Sequence record: OR992645.1
Direction: 5' to 3' (one strand)
DNA length: 64,000 nt
Source: Escherichia phage EI-SP-GF
The position numbers were made by a program, and so were the translations under genes. This document shows, in pieces, positions 18,966 to 29,412 of the stretch. The notes below the pieces were generated by a model. The model searched no databases, was not told the origin of the DNA, and worked only from the letters and a program-made list of their open reading frames with translations. Position 1 is the first letter of the stretch; each line of letters begins with the position of its first letter.

Positions 18966-20171
18966 ATGATTTTCATCTACGAACACTTCAAAACTCGTAA
19001 AGAAGCACGCGACCGCCGTGCAGAACTTGAGAAGAAGGGTTTCACATGTGCCATTGAGAAAGGTGACACAACCTGGACACTGGCAGTTGGTGCCCCAGAG
19101 TTGTTCGATCCTGACCGTGACAGCGTCTGCTACACCCGTGAGGATTTTGAAACCCGCGAAGAGGCCCGTTTATTTCGATACGGTCTGGAAGATAACGGTA
19201 AGTACGCTATGATCTTAGATTTAGGCGAAGGTTCCGTTAAACGTTGGGGCGTGGTATACCCACTGTGTGTTGTTCACGGTGTGGGGTTCACTGGGGTAGC
19301 AATCAAGTCAGAAGAACCTTTAGTAGAAGTCAAAGATCCGGTGCTGGAGGTGGTGAGCAGTGTGTCTCAGCAACAGACTCGAAGCATCGAGCCTTTGGTG
19401 GTTATTTGCGGGGAACTCCTCCAGATCACCTGCAACGAAGGCATTTTTGAAATTCGCCGCAGTGAAAGTGAGGAAGTTTACCAGAAAGTCTTCGACCATA
19501 TCTCTGTTCAGGAATATGACGAGGCAATTGGTGAAATCCTTGTCTGGCTGGAACGCAAGAATGAGTTCACCACACTTGCAGACAACCTGATCATGAAAGA
19601 TGGTAAGCTCTACTACTACGGTGTAGAGATGCGATCCACCATTGCAAAGAAAATTGAGAAAGATTATGCAGACGGAACACTGGATGACCGCTATGTGAAA
19701 TTCCTCGTTCGCCTGCTACGCAATCCTTCTGCAAAATCTGTAAACATGCTCTACGATTTTATGCAGGCAAACGACATTCAGATTGCAGAAGATGGTCGAA
19801 TCATTTGCTACAAAGGGGTTCAGTTTAACGGCGACAAGTGGGTGGATTGGCACAGTGGTAAAGTCCCACAATACCAGGGGGCTTTTGTATCCATGCCTCG
19901 TAACTTTGTAGAGGATGATCCGGAAGCTGCATGCTCTTATGGCCTGCACTGTGCCAGCAAAGAGTATGCAAAGAGCTACGGAACTGTGATGACGGTTATG
20001 GTTGACCCTGCCGATGTAGTTAGTGTACCTTACCAACACAACAGCGCCAAGTGTCGTGCATGCCGCTACGAAATCGTAGTAGCTCCAGAATCACGCAAAG
20101 ATGGCGACCCAATTGAGTACGTGGTTGACCGCGACGGTAATACTATCGACATTATCTACGAGGAGGCGTAA
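18966..20171 (+). CDS. Hypothetical protein, possibly rIIB-like (by position only)
   Basis: 401 aa ORF directly after rIIA-like gene, AAGGAGA RBS; no motif recognised. Confidence 0.55.
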   Translation: MIFIYEHFKTRKEARDRRAELEKKGFTCAIEKGDTTWTLAVGAPELFDPDRDSVCYTREDFETREEARLFRYGLEDNGKYAMILDLGEGSVKRWGVVYPLCVVHGVGFTGVAIKSEEPLVEVKDPVLEVVSSVSQQQTRSIEPLVVICGELLQITCNEGIFEIRRSESEEVYQKVFDHISVQEYDEAIGEILVWLERKNEFTTLADNLIMKDGKLYYYGVEMRSTIAKKIEKDYADGTLDDRYVKFLVRLLRNPSAKSVNMLYDFMQANDIQIAEDGRIICYKGVQFNGDKWVDWHSGKVPQYQGAFVSMPRNFVEDDPEAACSYGLHCASKEYAKSYGTVMTVMVDPADVVSVPYQHNSAKCRACRYEIVVAPESRKDGDPIEYVVDRDGNTIDIIYEEA

Positions 20172-21541
20172 TGGAAAAAGGGCAGTACGATGTAGGCACA
20201 GATGCTGCCCTTGTTGCAATCATGAGTGGTGAGAATGTCTTCGTAAGTGGACCTGGTGGAACCGGGAAGACATATCTTATCAACATGATCCAGTCCATGT
20301 ATGGAGACTCTTGCATAACGGTTGCCCCGACAGGGGTAGCCGCTTTAAACGTTAATGGAGCAACAGCGCACCGAACTTTCGATCTTGCCGCAGGTGTGAG
20401 CATGGAGTCAGACTGGACAGCAATAAGGGCAAAAACAGCAAAGCCTCTGAAAAGCAAGGCATTTACCATCCTAATTATCGATGAAATTTCTATGATCCGT
20501 GCTGACAAGTTCATAGAGATGGATAGAAAACTCCGCTTTCTTCGGAAAAATGACAAACCTTTCGGGGGCATTCAGGTGTTATTGTTTGGAGATTTCTACC
20601 AAGCACCTCCGGTTGTCTCTTCTATGGAGAAGGAAGCCTACTTCAACTTCTACCACACAGATCTGTGTTGCTATACAGAGTCTTGGGAGGATCTTAATCT
20701 TCACAATATAGCTTTAGTAGACCAGTTCCGTCAGGAATCTGTTCGCTTCGCCACAATGTTGAACTGTGTTCGTGAAGGTCGTCGCATAAAAGAGGTTGTA
20801 GCAGAGCTTAACACTCGTTGCTATCATGGTGGTGTCCCAACCGATGCCTTGACCATCTGTGCCACCAATAAGCAAGCAGAAGAGGTGAACAGACGTTTCT
20901 ATGATGCCATCAAGGCCCCAGAGAAGACCTACATTGGTAAAATGAAAGGTAAGTTCCCCTCCACACTACCTGTGGAGCAGGAAATGAGGCTGAAGATAGG
21001 GATGAAGGTTATGATAACCTCAAACGATGTTGACCCGACACACAAAGTTCCGTACTATGTCAACGGGACACGCGCCACAGTGGTAAAATTCAAGACCAAG
21101 TCTGTGGTGGTTGAGCTGGAAGACGGGACACAGGTTGAAATCGAGCCGAGATTGTGGGAGAATAACGAGTACAAACCTTCCCAGAGGTACAATATTGCCG
21201 AAAGGAAGATGGAGAAGTTCATAGAGAGGGTTGTGATCGGGTCTTATGAGCAACTTCCTTTGAAATCTGGGTACGCAGTAACATCGCATAAAAGTCAAGG
21301 ACTTACGTTAGATTGTTACAACCTAGACCTCGGAAAGAACGGAGCTTTCTCTCCCGGAATGACGTATGTTGCCTTGAGTCGGGTTAAGACGATACAAGGA
21401 ATAAACTTGTTGCGTCCATTAAGAGAGGTGGATATTATTGTTGACCCGAGAGTCGTAGAGTTTTATAATACAACTTTCCCTGGCTTAGACGAGAAAGTCA
21501 GGAAAGATTTTGAAACTAGAGCAGAAAAGGGGGACGTATGA
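20171..21541 (+). CDS. dda: SF1 DNA helicase, Dda/Pif1/RecD-like
   Basis: Walker A GPGGTGKT, motif TVAPTGVAA, Walker B LIIDEISM, later VTSHKSQG. Confidence 0.8.
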   Translation: MEKGQYDVGTDAALVAIMSGENVFVSGPGGTGKTYLINMIQSMYGDSCITVAPTGVAALNVNGATAHRTFDLAAGVSMESDWTAIRAKTAKPLKSKAFTILIIDEISMIRADKFIEMDRKLRFLRKNDKPFGGIQVLLFGDFYQAPPVVSSMEKEAYFNFYHTDLCCYTESWEDLNLHNIALVDQFRQESVRFATMLNCVREGRRIKEVVAELNTRCYHGGVPTDALTICATNKQAEEVNRRFYDAIKAPEKTYIGKMKGKFPSTLPVEQEMRLKIGMKVMITSNDVDPTHKVPYYVNGTRATVVKFKTKSVVVELEDGTQVEIEPRLWENNEYKPSQRYNIAERKMEKFIERVVIGSYEQLPLKSGYAVTSHKSQGLTLDCYNLDLGKNGAFSPGMTYVALSRVKTIQGINLLRPLREVDIIVDPRVVEFYNTTFPGLDEKVRKDFETRAEKGDV

Positions 21542-21879
21542 GTTTGTGGAGAAATATAGTTAACTACGTGTGCGGTAATCCAAATCCTGAAGAGAAGGAT
21601 GTTGTGATTCACGATTTTACTAAAAGATCTCGTGAAAAAGACCTCCTGCTAACAAAGGTGATCGATAAAGACCCTGCAGTAGGAGATTGGGCAGGTTTTG
21701 CGTTTACATCTGACAAATACACCTTTAACAAAGGTGACTACCTTGTTGTGGATTTTAACGAAGACATCGAGGGTGCTGAACCTTACTATCAGACCCTTAT
21801 CGTTGCAGAGTGTGTTGAGCTCTCTGCAAACATGCACAGTTTGATTCTTTTTGAGCTTGACTCTGAAGACCTTCAGTAG
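21538..21879 (+). CDS. Hypothetical protein
   Basis: 113 aa ORF, overlapping start/stop, GGGGG RBS. Confidence 0.55.
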   Translation: MSLWRNIVNYVCGNPNPEEKDVVIHDFTKRSREKDLLLTKVIDKDPAVGDWAGFAFTSDKYTFNKGDYLVVDFNEDIEGAEPYYQTLIVAECVELSANMHSLILFELDSEDLQ

Positions 21880-21939
21880 TAAGATGTGAGTCTAAAGGGG
21901 AGGCACTCCTCCCCACAAAAACTAAGGAAGCACTAAACG

Positions 21940-22242
21940 ATGAAACGTTATAAACCATACACTTTTGAAATCGATTTCGAACTTGACGATATGTTTACTG
22001 TGGAAGCTCAGGCAGTTGTCCAGTTGCCAGACCCGGAGTGCCGTGATTCTGATGTTGACTATTACGGATTTAGACAAATTACCGATGTGCATGTTTACCA
22101 CAACGGTGAAGAGGTGAACTTCCACCAACTGCCAAACGATATGCGCCACTCAATTTACAAACGTGCAGCCCGTGAACTAGAGTCCTATCTGGATGCAGCG
22201 ACGACAGCAGCTGCGTTTGCGGAAGAAGTAGGAGGTTTCTGA
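21940..22242 (+). CDS. Hypothetical protein
   Basis: AAGGAAG RBS; 100 aa. Confidence 0.55.
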   Translation: MKRYKPYTFEIDFELDDMFTVEAQAVVQLPDPECRDSDVDYYGFRQITDVHVYHNGEEVNFHQLPNDMRHSIYKRAARELESYLDAATTAAAFAEEVGGF

Positions 22243-22637
22243 TGATTACAGGTGTGAAGATTATCCAATACCACTTAACCAAATTGGAGGATGCTGAAAA
22301 AGAGCTTGCAGAAGTTCTGAATAGTGGATATACTTTGCTATCATGCGCCTGCTCAGACACCTACGCTGTGTGGACACTTATCCGGAAGGAAGAGCCTGCG
22401 GGGATCTTGGTGCCAAACCCTAAGATCATTAGTGAGGTGGATGACTACGCTCAGGACGGCCTTCCAGAAGGCTGGGAAGTATGGGAAGGTGGTGAAAACC
22501 CTGCGCCAGGTAAGTGGGTAAAATACAAACTACGTAGCGGTGCACAGCACGCTGGATACTCTGATAACCTGGACTGGAGTCATTCTTCACCGGAATCATT
22601 GGTAAGTGCATATGATATCATAGCTTTTAAGGAATAA
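22242..22637 (+). CDS. Hypothetical protein
   Basis: AGGAGG RBS; 131 aa. Confidence 0.55.
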   Translation: MITGVKIIQYHLTKLEDAEKELAEVLNSGYTLLSCACSDTYAVWTLIRKEEPAGILVPNPKIISEVDDYAQDGLPEGWEVWEGGENPAPGKWVKYKLRSGAQHAGYSDNLDWSHSSPESLVSAYDIIAFKE

Positions 22638-22649
22638 GGAGAAGGCGGT

Positions 22650-23132
22650 ATGTCAGATTTTATGTGGAAAGTGGGTTATGCCTCTCCTGAAATGTGCGAG
22701 GCTTGCTTTGTAAAAATAGGCCGCGAGGATATTGACAAAGTAATCTTTAAGTTTCGTGATGTATCTGTGATCGGCAACCGAGTGCTTAAGCACTTAAAGA
22801 ATCTGAAGCTCACCAAAAAGAAGTTCTTCGGACTTTTCGAAGAGAAAGTTGATGCTTGGACCCATTGCATTCAGGAAGCTAAATCTCACTACAGTGCTAT
22901 CGTTACCCCAGAACGGGTAGCCAAGATGGAAGGATTCATCAACAGCACAGAGTTTGAGTGCCTAAAGGCTGCCCTTGATAGCTATCCAAAGTGCCTCAAA
23001 CACCTTGACAAGTATGTAGAAAAGGATGGTGAAATGTATCTCACTCTGGACGCATACTATGAGATGCAAGAAATTTTAAATTTAGATTTGACATTGGTAT
23101 CCACCGAGTATACAATAGGTATCCGGGTTTAA
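22650..23132 (+). CDS. Hypothetical protein
   Basis: AAGGAGAAGG RBS; 160 aa; followed by terminator. Confidence 0.6.
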   Translation: MSDFMWKVGYASPEMCEACFVKIGREDIDKVIFKFRDVSVIGNRVLKHLKNLKLTKKKFFGLFEEKVDAWTHCIQEAKSHYSAIVTPERVAKMEGFINSTEFECLKAALDSYPKCLKHLDKYVEKDGEMYLTLDAYYEMQEILNLDLTLVSTEYTIGIRV

Positions 23133-23138
23133 CACTAG

Positions 23139-23166
23139 GCCCTGCCCGAAAGGGTGGGGCTTTTTG
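23139..23166 (+). terminator. Rho-independent terminator (hairpin identical to the one at 33948)
   Basis: GCCCTGCCC-gaaa-GGGTGGGGC hairpin with two G-U pairs, then TTTTTG. Confidence 0.7.
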
Positions 23167-23183
23167 CATTAGGAGACAGCAAA

Positions 23184-23948
23184 TTGAAATTTATCTACAA
23201 AGACCACTACCACAAAGGTGTTGTGTGGAGTCTATTTGACGGGTCTGGTGGTGCAGTTATTGACTGGGCAAAAGCTGGGTACCTGTGCCTGTGCTTTAAT
23301 GCAGAAGGTGCTGACCACGGTAGTTATGCAGAGGTGATAACCGATCATCCCAATATTCACTATGTGGATTATTGGATTGACCCATGGTTCCCTCAGGAAA
23401 CTTTTTGCATGTACCCAGCTCCAGACTTTATTCTTGCATTTCCTCCGTGCACGCATTTAGCGGTGTCGGGTGCTGCACATTTTAAGAAAAAGCTGGCTAA
23501 GGACCCCCTGATCCAAATTAATGCTGTAAAGGATGCTCGGGTTGCGGAAGAGCTGGGAGAGATTTACGATTGCCCGTGGCATGTAGAGAATCCTGTTGGT
23601 GTTATGTCCACACTGTGGCGCAAACCTGATTACCGTTTTCATCCTTCTGACTATGGCGGGTATTTACCGGAGGATGATGTAAACCCCTGGTTTCCTGAAT
23701 TTATAGCTCCACGTGATGCCTATCCAAAAATAACTTGCGGCTGGATAGGTAATGGATTTATAATCCCGGCCACAAAACCTGTCCCGCAAATAGTTGACGC
23801 GGTTAGCGGGTATTCCATGCAACACGCCAAGCTGGGTGGAAAGAGTGCAAGAACGAAGATGATCCGAAGCCTCACACCACGTGGCTGGGCAAAAGCCGTA
23901 TTCTTAGCAAATGAGCCTGTAGTAAGGAGCAGAATTAATGGGAAGTAA
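23184..23948 (+). CDS. DNA cytosine-5 methyltransferase-like protein (compact)
   Basis: Motif I LFDGSGG, motif IV PPCTHLAVSG, motif VI ENPVGV; start taken as TTG 23184 after AGGAGA RBS because the longer ORF begins inside the terminator. Confidence 0.6.
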   Translation: MKFIYKDHYHKGVVWSLFDGSGGAVIDWAKAGYLCLCFNAEGADHGSYAEVITDHPNIHYVDYWIDPWFPQETFCMYPAPDFILAFPPCTHLAVSGAAHFKKKLAKDPLIQINAVKDARVAEELGEIYDCPWHVENPVGVMSTLWRKPDYRFHPSDYGGYLPEDDVNPWFPEFIAPRDAYPKITCGWIGNGFIIPATKPVPQIVDAVSGYSMQHAKLGGKSARTKMIRSLTPRGWAKAVFLANEPVVRSRINGK

Positions 23949-26016
23949 ATTTATGGCATCTGCATACAACCGTTTCGGTGAGCCAAACCCGAAAGCAACT
24001 AAGTATAAAAGTGGGGGAAGTGTGAAACGAGACTATCGTGATGAAAAAGAAGTTGAAACTGTAGAGACTGTTTTAGAAAATACTAAAATTGTCCCTGTTC
24101 CACAACAAAATATCGGACTGATGGCTGCACAGTATTTCGGTGTACGATCATCCCTATCCCAAGAGGATGGTGTAACTGTTACTGCCACCTACTTCCCGTA
24201 TTATGACCGCTACGGTAATCTATCTGGCTTTAAAAAGCGTGACTGGACAATCCCTAAAGAGCAAAGGGGCCATTTCTCAGTTGTTGGCATAGTAAAAGCC
24301 AACTCCCAGATGTTTGGTCAAAAGCTGTGTGCATCTTCCAACAACCGTAAGCAGATTAACGTTTGTGAGGGAGAAGGTGATGTTATTGCAGCATGGCAGG
24401 CTGCATATCAGGTGCAAGTAAAAGGAATTCTCACCAATGCTAAAGCCCCAGCGAAGGTGGAGCAGTGGGCTAAAGAGGTCCAGGATGGGATCGATGCAGT
24501 TATCAACGGCGGCGATCTTGCAGGAAAACCCTGCCTACCTTTTGTTGGAATTAACTGCGGGTGTGCAAACGCAGTAGACACTTTTGCGAACAATGAGAAA
24601 TTTATCCGTAGCTACGGAACAGTAGTCCTTGCAATGGACAACGATGCAGCTAACGAGGTAGAGAAGCAAAAACACGTTATCAAAGGTGTTGAAGCCACAC
24701 ATAATATCGCGGCATTTTTGATGGCTGATAACGTTTACCACGTGGAATACCCCAGTGAGGTAAACGACCCTGACGGTGTAAAAGATATCCGTGACATGCT
24801 GAAGGCTAAAAAGCTGGAAGATATTGTCAACATGTTCCGTCACCCAGTCAAATATGTGCCTGATGCTGTATCTGATTTAGAAGACTTCTCCATTGAATCT
24901 CTTCGTAAGAAGACTTCTAATGGCGTAGATATCAGCGCGGAGTTCCCTAAATTGCAGAAGATGCTGAAAGGACTTCACAAAGGCACCTTGATGATGCTGA
25001 CAGGCCCATCTGGCGGTGGTAAAACAACTGTAGCCAAGAAACTAGAACACTGCATTGCAAAATACTTGATGGATCCTACATGCCCTAAAGCCGATGATTA
25101 TGAAGAGGATGATCGCCTGTGTCTGATTCACCTTGAAGAGGACCCTGAGGAAGCAATTAACTCTCTATACGCCAACCAGTTGGGGTTTGATGTTAAAGAG
25201 TTTGTTGAAGACCCTAGTCAGTTCCTGACTGATCAGGAGCATGCTGAGATTCACCAATCTTGGGCCAAGGCTGGAAAAATCAAAGTGTTCAAGCATTTTG
25301 GGTCTATTCCTGTAGATGAGTTGATCACTAAGCTTAAACAAATGGTGTGTCTGTATCACTGCCGTTATATTGTGCTGGATCACCTATCCATGGTAATTTC
25401 AGGGCTTAATGTTAAGGATGAGCGAAAAGAGCTGGACATGGCTATGACCCAACTAGCCGCGTTCTGTAAGCAGTTTAATGTATTTATCTTGGTGATCGCT
25501 CACCTGAAACGCACAGAGATTGTGCCTCCAAAGGACAAGGATGGGAATCCGTTACCTTTCTGGTATCCTGTACGAAAAGAGAACCTTCGAGGTAGTGCCG
25601 GATTGGAGCAACTTAGCTGGGTAGTTGTTGGGGTGGAGGCAGAAGAGATGGTGGATCGTTCCCGTGGACGTGTCCGACTGGTAGGTCTTAAAAACCGCCC
25701 AGCAAAAACGTTAGGCATTGCGGATACCTTAGTTATGGATCCTCACACAGGTAAGTTCCATGATGCCAGCAATTGGTACTGGGACAAAGAAATGCAGATG
25801 TTCACAGACGGCGAAGGCGGGGAGGTTGTTTGGAGACCTCAAGCTATGTTTGAGGATCAAGAGCACGCAGTTGTAGAAACACCTGTAGGTAGGGTTGTGG
25901 CTGATAAGGTTGTAACTCCTACTGTTAACCCTGTTGACACACAAGAAGACCTTCCGTATGATGATCCGTCCTCTGACCCTGTTCCCGGTTTTGAAGACGA
26001 TGAAACACCTTTTTAA
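23938..26016 (+). CDS. Bifunctional DNA primase/helicase (TOPRIM primase plus DnaB-like helicase, T7 gp4-like layout)
   Basis: TOPRIM motifs VCEGEGDVIAAW and VVLAMDNDAAN; helicase Walker A GPSGGGKTT and IVLDHLSM; 692 aa. Confidence 0.8.
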   Translation: MGSKFMASAYNRFGEPNPKATKYKSGGSVKRDYRDEKEVETVETVLENTKIVPVPQQNIGLMAAQYFGVRSSLSQEDGVTVTATYFPYYDRYGNLSGFKKRDWTIPKEQRGHFSVVGIVKANSQMFGQKLCASSNNRKQINVCEGEGDVIAAWQAAYQVQVKGILTNAKAPAKVEQWAKEVQDGIDAVINGGDLAGKPCLPFVGINCGCANAVDTFANNEKFIRSYGTVVLAMDNDAANEVEKQKHVIKGVEATHNIAAFLMADNVYHVEYPSEVNDPDGVKDIRDMLKAKKLEDIVNMFRHPVKYVPDAVSDLEDFSIESLRKKTSNGVDISAEFPKLQKMLKGLHKGTLMMLTGPSGGGKTTVAKKLEHCIAKYLMDPTCPKADDYEEDDRLCLIHLEEDPEEAINSLYANQLGFDVKEFVEDPSQFLTDQEHAEIHQSWAKAGKIKVFKHFGSIPVDELITKLKQMVCLYHCRYIVLDHLSMVISGLNVKDERKELDMAMTQLAAFCKQFNVFILVIAHLKRTEIVPPKDKDGNPLPFWYPVRKENLRGSAGLEQLSWVVVGVEAEEMVDRSRGRVRLVGLKNRPAKTLGIADTLVMDPHTGKFHDASNWYWDKEMQMFTDGEGGEVVWRPQAMFEDQEHAVVETPVGRVVADKVVTPTVNPVDTQEDLPYDDPSSDPVPGFEDDETPF

Positions 26017-26074
26017 TGTTTAACCAAGAGTGGGAGGGGTAGTACAACCGCCTCCCCTTTAAGGAGAACTGTAT

Positions 26075-28852
26075 ATGAGTATGTGGTCTTTCGACCTGGA
26101 GGCCTCTGGTTTACTAGAAGACCTAGATCTTTATTATCACTGCGGCTTGTTTAAAGAGCTGAATAAGAACCGTTTTATGCTGTTCCTTCCTCTAAATGAC
26201 CGCACACACTACTCTGAAGAGGATATAGAGAAGGCTAAGAACTTTATTCTGGCAAAGAAAACTCTTTATAAAGATTTTGAAGTTCGCATAGCAGATTTTT
26301 CAGAGTTGGAAGGTTGGCTTACAGGCAATTCTGACTGGTCACCCACAGCTTTGAACTGCCACAACTGCTACAGCTACGACTTTATGCTGATGGAGAGATT
26401 GTCCGGTATTCATTTTGATATGTTCCGTGACCCTAAGTGTATGGGGACTATCAACGACCACCAGGTTAATCTGTTTGATACGTTGGCGATGAGCCGAATC
26501 TTGTGGCCTGATCGCCCTTTACCAAAAGGTTGTCCGGACTCTGTATTCAACCCGGTTACTAAGAAAATGCAGCCTGTTGGTCCTCACGGACTTATGGCAT
26601 GGGGCTACGCCCTTGGTAACCAGAAAGTTCAAATTGATGACTGGCGCGATCTTCCGTTGTGGAAGTATGTGGATCGTGTATTCGAGGACGTTATCATCCA
26701 GGAGCTGCTCTGGAAAGAGCTGGTAGCGGAATCAAAAGGTGTATTCTACGGCAAATCTGACATGCAGAACTTTATGTACGATCCAGCCAAAGAGAAGCCG
26801 AAAGGGTTCAAGAAGATCACCTGGAAGAACGCATTACGTCGAGGCATGCTGCAGCACTTCCTGATGGAGCTGCAGGCCCGTCAGGGTGTATACTTCGACA
26901 TAGATGGAGCTATTGCTTTACGTGACCGTTGCGATGCGTGGATGAAAGAAATAGCTGATCGTGTTGAACCACAACTGCCTTTAAAAGAGCTGTCAATGTC
27001 TCAGCGGCCCAAGTTCCCTGAAAAGCCGTTTAACCAAGACGGGACAATCTCTAATAATGGTTGGAAATGGTTAAAAGATAAGCTTGGCTATCCTGTAGAC
27101 ATGAGCGCTTTAGAGTTCAAAGCCCCGCCTAAGAGAGCATTTACCTCTACAGGGGATGTCAGCAAGATGGGGATAAAATGGTGTGAAGAGATGGGCTGCA
27201 AAGACCCCGATAAGATGGCTGATTTCTTGAGAGGCTATATTAAGGGCACTTCCACACCACACCCTTTGCCTAAAGAGCTGATGGATCAGGCAATAAGTGA
27301 TCTACAGCAGAAGCGAATGCCGGACTGCAAGATACCTATGAAAATCAGCAATCAGGACGACATTAAGCGGTATCTGATCAGCGCTGGCTGGCTCCCGACA
27401 ATGTGGAGAACTAAGGATGTAACTAAAGACAGCAAGAAGAAAGCTCTACCTGATGCAGATGTTGATGCACGAGTATATGCTTATATGGACGAGCTTTTAG
27501 AGTCAGAGTATTGTGACCTAATTATCAACTTCTGGAACAAAACTGATGCTAAGTTCCAGACAACCGTGCACAAGTTCCGAAGCTTTCCTAACTCCGAAAG
27601 GATTAAAAAGGAAGTGTTCGGGAAAATACGTAGAAAAGCCAGGGCACTTATTACTTCTCCGCAACTGAAAGATACGTTTGGACACCTGTGTCCGAATCTT
27701 GAAAAATTGAACGGAGAGATGGCTAAAGATATCGTCTTGTGGTTATCATTGCGAAACCGCAGATCGGTCCTTGACCCAATCAAGGAGGATAAGGTTGATA
27801 CTGGTCTTCTTAATCACCCACGTTTGAAGATTGACCATAAGCTTCCTGCTAAAAGTTCTGGGCTAACAAACACTTCCAGACAGAAACACAGTATTTGTGC
27901 AAACATGCCTAAACCATCTCCTAAAGTGGTTATGGGTAAAGAGATGCGTAGTCTATGGGGTGTTCCTCCTGGATACTTTCAGATCGGTATTGACGGGTCC
28001 AACTTAGAGCAGCTTATCGGGGCTTGGGGTGCCTTTGAGTTCGACAACGGCCTGTATTATGATGTTGTAAGTAACGGAGACGCACACCAAAACAATGCTG
28101 AGGCATATACAAAAGTAGCAGGCAGAGAGGTGTCCCGTAACGACGGTAAACCTATCACGTATGGTGTTATGTACGGGGCACAAAAAGATAAAGTTGCAGA
28201 TATGCTGGACATCTCTCCAGAGTTGGGGCAAAGGGTAATAGATGCACTTTGGGATGCCAACCCCGGTCTTAAGGGGCGCAAAGAGGATCTGGAGAAATTC
28301 TGGGAAGCAACAGGTAAGAAGTTTATCTACTCTTTTGACGGTCATGCTATTTGGACACGCTCTAAACACTCTTTGCTTAATGCATATCAGCAAAATGGCG
28401 GTGCATCACTGTGTGACCTAGTTGGGATACTCATGCACCACCAGATGGTGAAGCGTGGATGGTATGATGAGGGTGTTCGTCGTATTATCTATTACCATGA
28501 CGAATATCAGCTTCAAGTGCCTGACACACCTAAGTATAAAACCGTATACACCTTCGACACAATTGAAGAGCTGGAAACATTTAAAGCCCAACAAGAGGCT
28601 AAACTTCATGTGTTCGACGGTCATAAGTACAAAAAGGCACGCAAAGATGAGGACGGAAACGAAGTGGTTGACAAGGATGGAAATACGGTATACGATCCTA
28701 TCTTGAACGATGACGGAAAGCTTGAACTTATCTGGAGCCCTGTGGGCGAAATGGTGGTGCATTGCTTCTGGCAGGCTTCTAAAATGATGGGCGTTCCGTT
28801 CCAGATCACAGGTGAATACTTGTGCGGTCGTAACTGGGGCGATTGTCACTAA
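26075..28852 (+). CDS. DNA polymerase, family A, with 3'-5' exonuclease motif
   Basis: Exo motif FDLEASGL at N-terminus; motif B RNDGKPITYGVMYGA; motif C YYHDEYQLQV; 925 aa. Confidence 0.85.
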   Translation: MSMWSFDLEASGLLEDLDLYYHCGLFKELNKNRFMLFLPLNDRTHYSEEDIEKAKNFILAKKTLYKDFEVRIADFSELEGWLTGNSDWSPTALNCHNCYSYDFMLMERLSGIHFDMFRDPKCMGTINDHQVNLFDTLAMSRILWPDRPLPKGCPDSVFNPVTKKMQPVGPHGLMAWGYALGNQKVQIDDWRDLPLWKYVDRVFEDVIIQELLWKELVAESKGVFYGKSDMQNFMYDPAKEKPKGFKKITWKNALRRGMLQHFLMELQARQGVYFDIDGAIALRDRCDAWMKEIADRVEPQLPLKELSMSQRPKFPEKPFNQDGTISNNGWKWLKDKLGYPVDMSALEFKAPPKRAFTSTGDVSKMGIKWCEEMGCKDPDKMADFLRGYIKGTSTPHPLPKELMDQAISDLQQKRMPDCKIPMKISNQDDIKRYLISAGWLPTMWRTKDVTKDSKKKALPDADVDARVYAYMDELLESEYCDLIINFWNKTDAKFQTTVHKFRSFPNSERIKKEVFGKIRRKARALITSPQLKDTFGHLCPNLEKLNGEMAKDIVLWLSLRNRRSVLDPIKEDKVDTGLLNHPRLKIDHKLPAKSSGLTNTSRQKHSICANMPKPSPKVVMGKEMRSLWGVPPGYFQIGIDGSNLEQLIGAWGAFEFDNGLYYDVVSNGDAHQNNAEAYTKVAGREVSRNDGKPITYGVMYGAQKDKVADMLDISPELGQRVIDALWDANPGLKGRKEDLEKFWEATGKKFIYSFDGHAIWTRSKHSLLNAYQQNGGASLCDLVGILMHHQMVKRGWYDEGVRRIIYYHDEYQLQVPDTPKYKTVYTFDTIEELETFKAQQEAKLHVFDGHKYKKARKDEDGNEVVDKDGNTVYDPILNDDGKLELIWSPVGEMVVHCFWQASKMMGVPFQITGEYLCGRNWGDCH

Positions 28853-28903
28853 TGTAAACTATCAACACACGGAAGTGTTGTTAGACAAAGAGAGGAGACT
28901 TTT

Positions 28904-29188
28904 ATGGTAGTAGAACCAACAAAAACATTTACCTCCATGACTATCCCTGTCATTATGCAGGTAGAATGCGTTCAGGTGTCCCAAGTATGGCCCGGTACTA
29001 AAATTCCAACAGGACCTGATTTCTTTCAGGTTGGCAAAGTGTACAATGTCTGGAAGGCACCAGATTGTTATCCTTTCATTAAAGATGACCGTGGAATGCT
29101 GTGGTATCTTGGAAATGATTTGACACTGCACCTTGGGAATGCTATTATTGCAGTATTCAGACTTAACAAGAAGGAGACTGATCAATGA
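28904..29188 (+). CDS. Small hypothetical protein, paralogue A of a tandem triplet
   Basis: GAGGAG RBS; shares pattern FF.VGKVY.V...IKDDRG..WY with next two genes. Confidence 0.6.
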   Translation: MVVEPTKTFTSMTIPVIMQVECVQVSQVWPGTKIPTGPDFFQVGKVYNVWKAPDCYPFIKDDRGMLWYLGNDLTLHLGNAIIAVFRLNKKETDQ

Positions 29189-29412
29189 CGACTTTGGTTA
29201 AAGCTACCTTTGTAGAAGAAAAGATGACAGACCTGTCATTCTTTAAAGAAGGAAAGACCTACGAGGTTTATTACGATAAAGCTCGTGCAAATAAAATGAT
29301 TAAAGACGAGGAGGGTATCTCCTGGTATATCTCCCATCTGGCAAATGGTGAGTATCATATCTATGGAACCACCCTACTTGCCAAGTTTGTAGCTGTTGAA
29401 GAGGATCTATGA
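29185..29412 (+). CDS. Small hypothetical protein, paralogue B
   Basis: AAGGAG RBS; FFKEGKTYEVYY...IKDEEGISWY. Confidence 0.6.
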   Translation: MTTLVKATFVEEKMTDLSFFKEGKTYEVYYDKARANKMIKDEEGISWYISHLANGEYHIYGTTLLAKFVAVEEDL

